Origin: an uncultured Bacteroidales bacterium
GTDB lineage: Bacteria > Bacteroidota > Bacteroidia > Bacteroidales > VadinHA17
Direction of reading: 5' to 3'
Length of the DNA: 64,000 bases
Assembly: GCA_963717685.1 (NCBI GenBank)
Contig: OY970346.1
Span: 2,736,419-2,800,418, forward strand
Shown here: piece after piece, positions 11,803-19,647 of the stretch
Position numbering within the stretch: the stretch's first letter is position 1
How the letters are laid out: the number at the start of each line of letters is the position of its first letter
The notes under the pieces: model-generated
What the model was told of the DNA's origin: nothing
Seen by the model: only the letters and a program-made list of their open reading frames with translations
The model's database searches: none
Program-made: the position numbers and the translations under genes

Positions 11803-12939
11803 TCAGTCCCAGACGCCCCTGATCTCATAACCGCATTTATTGCATTTTCCTTTTGTAAGGTTTCTTGAAGTTATGGTGTATCCCTGCCTTCCTATTACCA
11901 CAGCTCCGCATGATGGGCATTTTGTATCAGATACTTCACTGCCCGGCACATTTCCCGTATATACGAACTTAAGACCTTCCGATGAAGCTGCTTTAACTGC
12001 TTTATCAAGGATTTCCAGAGGTGTCGGAGGTAACTGCTCAAGCTTGTACATTGGGTAGAACCTGCTGAAATGAAGCGGTGTTTCCCTGAATCCGTTGCCG
12101 GCAAGCCATTTGCACATTCTGCTTATTTCATCGATATTGTCAGTCCATTGCGGAACAACGAGATAGGTAATTTCAAGCCATACACCCATGTCTTTATAGA
12201 TCTTAAGGGAATCCAGCACTGGCTGAAGCTTTCCACCGGTAAGCCTGAGATAGGTGCTGTCGTTAAATGACTTAAGGTCAATGTTCGCTGCATCTGTAAC
12301 CGTGCATATCTTCTTCAGCGGCTCAGGGTTGATATAGCCGTTGGATTTAATAATGTTCTTTATTCCGGCTCTTCTGGCAAGGACAGATGTATCATAGTCA
12401 TATTCAAAGAATACGACAGGTTCAGTGTAAGTATAGGCAATTGACCTGCAATTGCTTTTGGCCGCACCCTCCACAACCATTTCAGGCATCAGGTCATAAT
12501 TCCTAGTCTTTTCCGGACTTATCTGGGAAATCGACCAGTTCTGACAATTCAGGCATACCATATTGCAACCTGCAGTTGCTATTGAATAGGCTCTTGAGCC
12601 CGGGTAAAAATGATAAAGCGGCTTTTTCTCCACCGGATCAATATTTACCGAACAGGGATTGCCATAGGCCATTGTCCACAGCTTTGAGTTATGCACCCTG
12701 CGGTTATTGCATTTACTTAATTCTCCCTCCCTGAGAACACATTCGTTGGGGCATATCCTGCACATAATTCCCCTTGGGGTCTCTTCCTGGAACATCGCTT
12801 CCTTCCTGTAGATATCCTCTTCGCCTGAGACAATGTCAGCCACTATGCGCGTGGACGGAAGAAACGTGATACCAGCTGAGAAAGCAAGGCATTTTTTCAG
12901 AAAGAGGCGCTTGCCATTGTCGAAATTCTTTCGTCTCAT
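11803..12939 (-). CDS. amrS: AmmeMemoRadiSam-system radical SAM enzyme with a Tat-like N-terminal leader
   Basis: CNMVCLNCQNW (CX3CX2C), N-terminal CRICPNEC...C and C-terminal CPSCG...CNKCG. The track ORF starts at TTG 13008, overlapping the upstream gene. ATG 12939 (MRRKNFDNGKRLFLKK...) is the first ATG and lies 31 nt after the upstream stop. Confidence 0.85.
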   Translation of the reverse strand: MRRKNFDNGKRLFLKKCLAFSAGITFLPSTRIVADIVSGEEDIYRKEAMFQEETPRGIMCRICPNECVLREGELSKCNNRRVHNSKLWTMAYGNPCSVNIDPVEKKPLYHFYPGSRAYSIATAGCNMVCLNCQNWSISQISPEKTRNYDLMPEMVVEGAAKSNCRSIAYTYTEPVVFFEYDYDTSVLARRAGIKNIIKSNGYINPEPLKKICTVTDAANIDLKSFNDSTYLRLTGGKLQPVLDSLKIYKDMGVWLEITYLVVPQWTDNIDEISRMCKWLAGNGFRETPLHFSRFYPMYKLEQLPPTPLEILDKAVKAASSEGLKFVYTGNVPGSEVSDTKCPSCGAVVIGRQGYTITSRNLTKGKCNKCGYEIRGVWD

Positions 12940-12970
12940 TTTTCCAGGTATCAATAATGAAATAAAACTA

Positions 12971-15394
12971 CTATTTGTTGGCGTTTGTGCCAAATAGAAT
13001 ACCAGCAAAAATCAGGCCGGTAAGTAAAAGAATCGAAGTCCTTATCCCCAGTACTGGTATTGCCGCGCCTGAAATCAGAATGAAGCCCAGGGCTGAACCT
13101 GCAAGATCGGCACTGTACACAGCAGACGGATGTGACCCGGCTTCGTCATGGATTGTCATTTCACGATAAATGTGGCCTGTAAGGAATGATGGCAGGAGGG
13201 TTGAGCATACTATGATGGCTATTGAGGAGGCGGCTCCCCGTTCATGCAGTATCCAGCCAAGGGATACTGCGGTAAGCACATAATAGAGAGCAAGAATCAG
13301 AGATTTTACTTTAAGAGGAATCGGGTCCATGAATTTCAGTTTGGTTCCGGACCCGGCAGCAAGACCGGCCATAAGTGATGCCAGTATCAGACCTGTCAAC
13401 TGATACATATTACCGGCAGTGAGCTGAATCAGGAACAGGGCGATTATTTCAAATCCCGCCAGTGCAGCAGCGCTGAAGTACATAGTTATATTTCTCCTCC
13501 GGATTGCCAGCCCGGGAACTGCGAAGGCCAGGATCATTAAAATTATTGCAGGAGTCTTCTCATGTATGGTCCTGCTTAAGTTATACTCCTGGAAATGAAA
13601 GGCGGCGATGGGAAAATCTCTTCTGTTAGGGCTGACAGCCTTATTCATTATGGAAGCAACCTGTGCTGATTTTGCCTCAACCAGATCATCAGCCAAGAAA
13701 TCAGGACCGACATACACATTTTTAATTCCTCTTTCTTCAGCCAGTTTGCAAAAAGAAACAGAGATATCATCGTCCGAAGCTATAAAATATAATTTTTGCC
13801 CCATTACAGGCTTTACGTGCCTGAATATTCCCGAAAGGCTGTTATATATTGAGGAATACAACTCTACGGATTCATTATTGAGATAATCGTCGCCCGGGCC
13901 GGGAGAGCACATAAAAACACCTCCTTTGACTAGCCTGTTTCGGGCATCATTGAAGAATTCAGTAATATAATACCTGTCAAGCGAAAGTGTCGATGGCGGA
14001 GGAACGAGCAGGATAATGGCATCCATTTTTTCACCCAAAGCCCTGAGATATCTGAAAGCATCTCCCTTCTCAATGTTCAGCAGTTTTGGGGCGTTACTGA
14101 TCTCTGTTATGGCTCTCTTTATAAGTTCCGGATCTCTTTCAATGAATGTGATTTTACTGATATGGTATTTTGTAATTTCGGAAAGATGAGATTGCAGATT
14201 ACCCGAGATCATCAGGATCTTTTCAGGATACGGCCTCTGAAGCAGGGCATAGTGAATGTCTTCCTCTCTTTCGGCTGCATCATCATGATACGCGATCAGC
14301 CTCTGGTTATAAAAATAAGCCGGTTCGCCCGCATATTCTCCCCTGGTGACGTTACCGTAGGGAGTATCCTTTGTACTCATGACTTTGACTCCAGACAGCA
14401 ACAGTTGCCTGAAAAAAATATCCGGATCTGTCAGAACGACGTATGACAGAATAACGGCAAAGATGATCCTGGCAATGGTTTTATTCCTCCTGCTCATGAT
14501 ATAATATGTAAGCAGGGAATAAGCCAGGGATAGCAGGGCGATTGTCAGAAATATTTTATAATTGGAGAACAATCCGGATGTGATTACTGAAAGAATCATG
14601 CCCGAAATAGCTGATCCGGTCGTTTCAACTGAAAAGGACCTTCCGGGAGCAGCGCCTGAAGCATTTCTGGCGGCCATTGTAAGCTTGATGAAGGAGAAAC
14701 CTGACACAAGGCAGAATGGCAGGAGCACGATAAATGTGAATATCATGCTGGTAAGGAAGGAGGGTGTTTCTCCTGGCTGAAGGAAAAATCTTGAGAACAG
14801 GATCAGAAGCAGGAGAGAGACAAATGGTGCTGAGGCAAATATTATGGATATTTTTGCCTGATCATTAAGTCCCGATTTGCGTGCTATAGCCGCACCTGAT
14901 GAAGAGGCAATAAGCCAGGATCCAAGGAACACTCCCGAGATAAGCTCATAGCCTCCTGCAATATTCATTATTTCCCTCATAAAAAGGATCTGAATAGAGG
15001 TGCTGACAAATCCAACTATGAACAGGTTGGCATTAATTGAAACCTGGTTCAGTGACAGATTGCCGGTTTCATGCAGGACATTGCCGGAAGATGAGAATAT
15101 CTTGCCATAATAGGAAAAATGCCAGATAAAATGGAATATTCCTATAATAGTGGCTGCGGCGCCAATTTCAACATGCCACTTCAGCAGGGATTTCAGGAAT
15201 GGGACGTTCCATTGATAGTTTATCTGAAGCGCCATGAAGACGCCGGCAAGTGCCGTAAAGAGAAATGTCAGTGCGAGAAAGATATTCCAGACCTTTTTGT
15301 GAAAGACAAGTGAATAAAAACCTGCCTTGTAAAAAGAAAAGCTCAGGAGATATAATAATGAAACAGTGAGGCACGTCCCAGCGACATGGTACAT
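12971..15394 (-). CDS. Polytopic membrane protein with a central spermidine-synthase-like (class I MTase fold) domain
   Basis: 807 aa. There are many hydrophobic helices at aa 1-330 and 615-805. The central soluble segment (TPYGNV, KILMISGNLQ, ITFIERDPEL, DAIILLVPPPS) resembles the SpeE fold order. The ATG lies 2 nt after the upstream stop. Confidence 0.75.
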   Translation of the reverse strand: MYHVAGTCLTVSLLYLLSFSFYKAGFYSLVFHKKVWNIFLALTFLFTALAGVFMALQINYQWNVPFLKSLLKWHVEIGAAATIIGIFHFIWHFSYYGKIFSSSGNVLHETGNLSLNQVSINANLFIVGFVSTSIQILFMREIMNIAGGYELISGVFLGSWLIASSSGAAIARKSGLNDQAKISIIFASAPFVSLLLLILFSRFFLQPGETPSFLTSMIFTFIVLLPFCLVSGFSFIKLTMAARNASGAAPGRSFSVETTGSAISGMILSVITSGLFSNYKIFLTIALLSLAYSLLTYYIMSRRNKTIARIIFAVILSYVVLTDPDIFFRQLLLSGVKVMSTKDTPYGNVTRGEYAGEPAYFYNQRLIAYHDDAAEREEDIHYALLQRPYPEKILMISGNLQSHLSEITKYHISKITFIERDPELIKRAITEISNAPKLLNIEKGDAFRYLRALGEKMDAIILLVPPPSTLSLDRYYITEFFNDARNRLVKGGVFMCSPGPGDDYLNNESVELYSSIYNSLSGIFRHVKPVMGQKLYFIASDDDISVSFCKLAEERGIKNVYVGPDFLADDLVEAKSAQVASIMNKAVSPNRRDFPIAAFHFQEYNLSRTIHEKTPAIILMILAFAVPGLAIRRRNITMYFSAAALAGFEIIALFLIQLTAGNMYQLTGLILASLMAGLAAGSGTKLKFMDPIPLKVKSLILALYYVLTAVSLGWILHERGAASSIAIIVCSTLLPSFLTGHIYREMTIHDEAGSHPSAVYSADLAGSALGFILISGAAIPVLGIRTSILLLTGLIFAGILFGTNANK

Positions 15395-15396
15395 GG

Positions 15397-17064
15397 CTAT
15401 TTCTTGTTTTCTTCGAGGACCTTACCCTCGTAAATATAGATGTCGGCAGTTTTCCATCCGTCCCATCCGATGCCGGCCTTATCCCTCGACGTGTATCCAA
15501 GGAACTCTTCAAGCGTCCAGCCGTATTCGATGGGAACCTGAGGCAGCATTGTCCCTGACCTGAAATCTTTCTTGATATATATCCCGTGCTTGCCCAGAAC
15601 TATCTCATTAATATTGTTTATTTTCTTCATCGGTCCTAGTACTGTGATCTCAACTTCGATTTTATCATATTCCTGCTTTGTGAGGGGAGAGAAGCGGGGA
15701 TCTTCAAAAGCCGACGAAAGTGCAGATTCCTGTACAACACTATAAAGCGGATCGGACGAGACAAACCTGCCTATGCATCCTCTTAGCACGCCGTTTTCCT
15801 TCAGAGTCACAAAAGCGCCGTACTGTTGTTTAAGAGCCTCAGGGATCCTGCTTTCATCAATGGAGTACTTTTTATTATCGAAAAGCTTTGATTTGATGCT
15901 GTTCCTTGCAATTGAAAAGAGCATTTCTTTCTCATTTTCAGTAAAGCTCATCTCCTGGGGAATAGTCTCATTAACTCTAGGGCCGCCTTTTTCTTCCGCT
16001 TTTGCAGTGGTATTTTCAGACAAGGTTGTGCTTTCAGAATTGCTGTCATTTAATCGTTCAGGCTTGGTTTCCTCAGCTGAAATATTTTTCCCTTTAGCTG
16101 AATAGTTAATCTCTTCCCGGTTCTTCTGACCGGTCCCTGAAACGCCCTCCTTTTCTACCAATGCTATAGCGTTGTAACCAACTACCTGATCTTTATCCCC
16201 ATAGGGTGAATCGCCTGAATTGGAATAATCGATTTTTCTGAATTCAAGGTTCCTATTTCCTTGCGAAAGATAGAGAATTGTCAGTCCTGAGGTCCATCCG
16301 CACATGCTGGTAACCAATCCCGGGATATTTCTTGAAGCGTTACTCTCAAGCGTCGATAGAAAAACTTCTGGATCACTTGAAATGATGGCATCAGCCGTGC
16401 GCTTATCGTTATCAATTGCATCCTTATATGCAGGATAATGCGAAAAATCGCTGCTGATTACGAATAAATTATCGGGTGTGAAATATGGTTTTAATGCCTC
16501 AGCAATTCTCCTGATCACGGATGGATCATTCGTCCCGATTATAATGGGGACTATTTTCTGAGCTTTAGTATAATAATATTGAATAAAAGGGACCTGCACT
16601 TCAATACAATGATCCTGTATGTGAGCGTCTTCCGGATAGTCAAAAACCCTGTTTTCATTTTTCAGTTTTGCAGCGATTTCCCTGTTGACAGTCATTCTGC
16701 CTAACGGCGTGATGTAATCTCCAGAACTATAGACTGATGCGCCATCGAACGCCATGATATGGCTGGAGCCAATTATAAAGATGTTCTTATACCCTGCATC
16801 TTTTGGCGTAACGGAGAAACCCGCGGCTGCAGTATTCCCTGAGAATACATACCCTGCATGGGGAGTAATGATTGCCCTGACAGCCCATCTGGCATGGATT
16901 TTTTTGCAACCGGCAAACATCTTCGCCATATCCCTGAGAAGCGTATCCTTGTTTCCAGAATAGAATTTGTCTGCTACATAAGGCTGGCGGTCAATTTGTA
17001 TATTCTGAGACTGAAGTTCCATGATGCTGAGAATTGATAACAGGAAAGTAATTACGGTGCGCAT
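15397..17064 (-). CDS. Fusion of Memo-like (AmmeMemoRadiSam protein B) and AMMECR1-like (protein A) domains
   Basis: Memo motif IITPHAGYVFSG is N-terminal. AMMECR1 motif GAFVTLKENGVLRGCIGRF is C-terminal. A ~80-aa Ser/Glu/Lys/Asn-rich linker separates them, and the N-terminus is hydrophobic (MRTVITFLLSILSIM). Confidence 0.88.
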   Translation of the reverse strand: MRTVITFLLSILSIMELQSQNIQIDRQPYVADKFYSGNKDTLLRDMAKMFAGCKKIHARWAVRAIITPHAGYVFSGNTAAAGFSVTPKDAGYKNIFIIGSSHIMAFDGASVYSSGDYITPLGRMTVNREIAAKLKNENRVFDYPEDAHIQDHCIEVQVPFIQYYYTKAQKIVPIIIGTNDPSVIRRIAEALKPYFTPDNLFVISSDFSHYPAYKDAIDNDKRTADAIISSDPEVFLSTLESNASRNIPGLVTSMCGWTSGLTILYLSQGNRNLEFRKIDYSNSGDSPYGDKDQVVGYNAIALVEKEGVSGTGQKNREEINYSAKGKNISAEETKPERLNDSNSESTTLSENTTAKAEEKGGPRVNETIPQEMSFTENEKEMLFSIARNSIKSKLFDNKKYSIDESRIPEALKQQYGAFVTLKENGVLRGCIGRFVSSDPLYSVVQESALSSAFEDPRFSPLTKQEYDKIEVEITVLGPMKKINNINEIVLGKHGIYIKKDFRSGTMLPQVPIEYGWTLEEFLGYTSRDKAGIGWDGWKTADIYIYEGKVLEENKK

Positions 17065-17135
17065 AATAATATAATATTTGGCGTAATAAAGTTATGCCAA
17101 AAAAACGAAGAAAGCTTAATTAAAAATGAATTGTT

Positions 17136-17594
17136 TCAGATCAGAACTATTGATTCCTTAAGGATCTCGCCTTTGTCATCCGTTCCGTATATTTTTATGC
17201 CAAGGCTCACTGTAGGAGTTCCAATCATATCTATTATAGGGCTAAGGGCCTCTTTCAGGTCTTCGACTTCCATGCTGTCGAATTCTTCGATGTTGAAATA
17301 AATGTGGATCATCAGTACGCACTCAGGTTCCTTTATCGAGCAAAGGGCCTTGACAATTTTTGCAAGCCATATTGATGAAGCCGTGTTAAAATATTCAAGA
17401 TTGAACCGGAGGTTAGTGGTACGCCTGGGATCTTCAGCATATTTAACTATCCATTTCAGGATATTCTCATAAAGCTCAACTGCATTTTCAGGGATCGATC
17501 TTCCTGAGAAAATCAAGTCTCCCGTCATTTTATTCAGATCAATCTGCGGAGTCTTGCTTGTCGGCTCAAGGAATATATTTTTAAGTTCCATCAT
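17136..17594 (-). CDS. SiaC-like / DUF1987 family protein
   Basis: The region from MMELKNIFLEPTSKTPQIDL...LIFSGRSIPENAVELY...LEYFNTASS matches my recollection of DUF1987. The track ORF extends to a TTG at 17786. A tandem ATG sits at 17594/17591, preceded by a -7 box at 17640-17647. Confidence 0.7.
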   Translation of the reverse strand: MMELKNIFLEPTSKTPQIDLNKMTGDLIFSGRSIPENAVELYENILKWIVKYAEDPRRTTNLRFNLEYFNTASSIWLAKIVKALCSIKEPECVLMIHIYFNIEEFDSMEVEDLKEALSPIIDMIGTPTVSLGIKIYGTDDKGEILKESIVLI

Positions 17595-17639
17595 GTTCAC
17601 CAAATGTCTGTCCCCCTTATCAACGAAATTCGCTGAATC

Positions 17640-17647
17640 CAAAAATA
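17640..17647 (-). promoter_or_regulatory. -7 promoter box (TATTTTTG on the minus strand) for the DUF1987 gene
   Basis: The plus strand reads CAAAAATA, an exact TAnnTTTG on the minus strand, 46 nt upstream of ATG 17594. Confidence 0.4.
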
Positions 17648-17799
17648 TAATAACTTTTTCATTATTTCCCCTAACTTCATCAAAAAGAATTATCAGATGG
17701 TCAAATTTTTCGGTCTGTTTGCATAAACAAATTACTGCGGGACAATTATGCAGGCGGGTTTTTGATGTTGCTTTGTGATATCTCAATATTTTAAAATAT

Positions 17800-17807
17800 T
17801 ATCTTTG
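17800..17807 (+). promoter_or_regulatory. -7 promoter box TAtcTTTG for argS
   Basis: Exact match 23 nt upstream of the argS ATG. Confidence 0.45.
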
Positions 17808-17829
17808 CGGCTGAAATTCGCAAAGATGG

Positions 17830-19617
17830 ATGGAGAGTATACTTAAGCAGAGGGTACGGGAGGCTGTCAGGGCTTTATATGGCTGTGAAGCAGGCGATGA
17901 CCTGATCCAGATACAGGAAACGAGGAAAGATTTCAAGGGAGATTTTACCATCGTGGTATTTCCTTTACTTCGTTTTTCGAAAAATACCCCTGAAAAGACA
18001 GGAGAGACGATAGGCAATTATATTGTCGGGACATTTCCGGAAGTTTCCGGATTCAATGTCGTAAAGGGATTTCTGAACCTTGAGATATCAGGAAAATGGT
18101 GGATTGATTATTTCCGCGGAATGGCTTCAGGCGAAGATCTCCTTGAAAAATGCCGTGTGACCGCTCCGGAGACAATTTTGGTTGAATATTCCTCACCAAA
18201 CACGAATAAGCCTCTTCATCTTGGACATATACGCAATAACCTGCTTGGCTTCTCCCTTTACCGGATCCTTTCAGCTTGCGGGCACAGGGTTGTCAGGACC
18301 AATATCGTAAACGACAGGGGTATCCATATCTGTAAATCCATGCTTGCGTGGGCGAAATATGGCAATGGGGAGACTCCGGATTCATCAGGTATGAAGGGTG
18401 ACCATCTGGTGGGCAAATACTATGTGATTTTTGAAAAAGAATGCAAGAGGCAGGTGGCAGATCTTGTATCAAAAGGAATGAACGAGGAGGAAGCAAGGAA
18501 CTCGGCGGAACTAATGAGGGAAGCCAGGGGAATGCTTTTAAAATGGGAAGCAGGAGACCCTGATATTCTAAAACTCTGGAACATGTTGAACTCGTGGGTC
18601 TATTCCGGATTTGATGAGACCTATTCAAGACTGGGTGTCGATTTTGATAAAATATATTACGAATCAGAAACATATAAAACCGGTCGGGAAATAGTTCGTG
18701 AAGGACTCGAGCGAAAGGTGCTTTACCAGAATCCTGACAGTTCAATATGGGTTGACCTCAGTGACGAAGGACTTGATCAGAAATTATTGCTGAGATCGGA
18801 TGGCACTGCAGTATATATGACACAGGATCTCGGTACAGCGGTACTGAGACACAATGAATACAATTTTGACAAATGCCTTTATGTGGTTGGCAATGAGCAA
18901 AACTATCACTTCCAGGTTCTTAAAGCTGTCCTTAAAAAAATAGGCTGTAAATGGGCCGATGGCCTGATCCACTTTTCTTACGGTATGGTCGAGCTTCCTG
19001 AGGGGCGGATGAAATCAAGGGAAGGAACAATAGTTGATGCGGATGACCTGCTCGATGAGATGCAGGCGACTGCAAGAGAAGTATCCCTTGAGCTTGGGAA
19101 GCTTTCGGAATATTCTGATACGGAAAAAGAGGAAATATTCCGTAAAATAGGCCTTGGAGCCCTGAAATACTACATCCTTAAGGTCGATCCCCGTAAGAAC
19201 ATGACTTTTAATCCGGCAGAATCCATCGATTTTAATGGTAATACGGGACCTTTTATCCAGTACACGTTTGCCAGAATAAAGTCAGTTTTCAGGAAAGCTC
19301 GGGAATTGGGTATCGTATTCGATCCTTCTGTTTCTTCATTTACAGCCGCTAATGATAAGGAAATAAACCTTATAAAGCTGATGAGAAGGTATACAAATGT
19401 GGTAAGTGAAGCTGCAGCCGGCTACTGCCCGGCGCTTATTGCAAATTACTGCTATGACCTTTCTAAAGAGTATAATCAGTTTTATCATGATTTTTCAATC
19501 CTTGGAGAGCCTGATAATGCGTTGTGCAATTTCAGGATGGGAATTTCAAGGGTCACAAGCATGATTCTTGATTCAGGCATGGGGTTGCTTGGGATTGAAA
19601 TGCCTGAAAGAATGTAG
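17830..19617 (+). CDS. argS: Arginine--tRNA ligase
   Basis: SSPNTNKPLHLGHIRN (HIGH-type motif), class I architecture, C-terminal ...MPERM. Confidence 0.96.
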   Translation: MESILKQRVREAVRALYGCEAGDDLIQIQETRKDFKGDFTIVVFPLLRFSKNTPEKTGETIGNYIVGTFPEVSGFNVVKGFLNLEISGKWWIDYFRGMASGEDLLEKCRVTAPETILVEYSSPNTNKPLHLGHIRNNLLGFSLYRILSACGHRVVRTNIVNDRGIHICKSMLAWAKYGNGETPDSSGMKGDHLVGKYYVIFEKECKRQVADLVSKGMNEEEARNSAELMREARGMLLKWEAGDPDILKLWNMLNSWVYSGFDETYSRLGVDFDKIYYESETYKTGREIVREGLERKVLYQNPDSSIWVDLSDEGLDQKLLLRSDGTAVYMTQDLGTAVLRHNEYNFDKCLYVVGNEQNYHFQVLKAVLKKIGCKWADGLIHFSYGMVELPEGRMKSREGTIVDADDLLDEMQATAREVSLELGKLSEYSDTEKEEIFRKIGLGALKYYILKVDPRKNMTFNPAESIDFNGNTGPFIQYTFARIKSVFRKARELGIVFDPSVSSFTAANDKEINLIKLMRRYTNVVSEAAAGYCPALIANYCYDLSKEYNQFYHDFSILGEPDNALCNFRMGISRVTSMILDSGMGLLGIEMPERM

Positions 19618-19647
19618 AAATTGTCAGAACATTAACATCGTTATAAA

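Noticed and set aside
17719-17752. An inverted repeat TGCATAA-n19-TTATGCA that shares its half-site with the 1337-1356 palindrome.
   Set aside because: It has 7-bp arms with a long spacer in AT-rich DNA. An 8-mer recurrence is expected by chance about twice in 64 kb on both strands, and the local response regulator has no DNA-binding domain.
18293-18745. A 150-aa minus-strand ORF inside argS.
   Set aside because: It is antisense to argS, Pro/Ser-rich, and has no motif.
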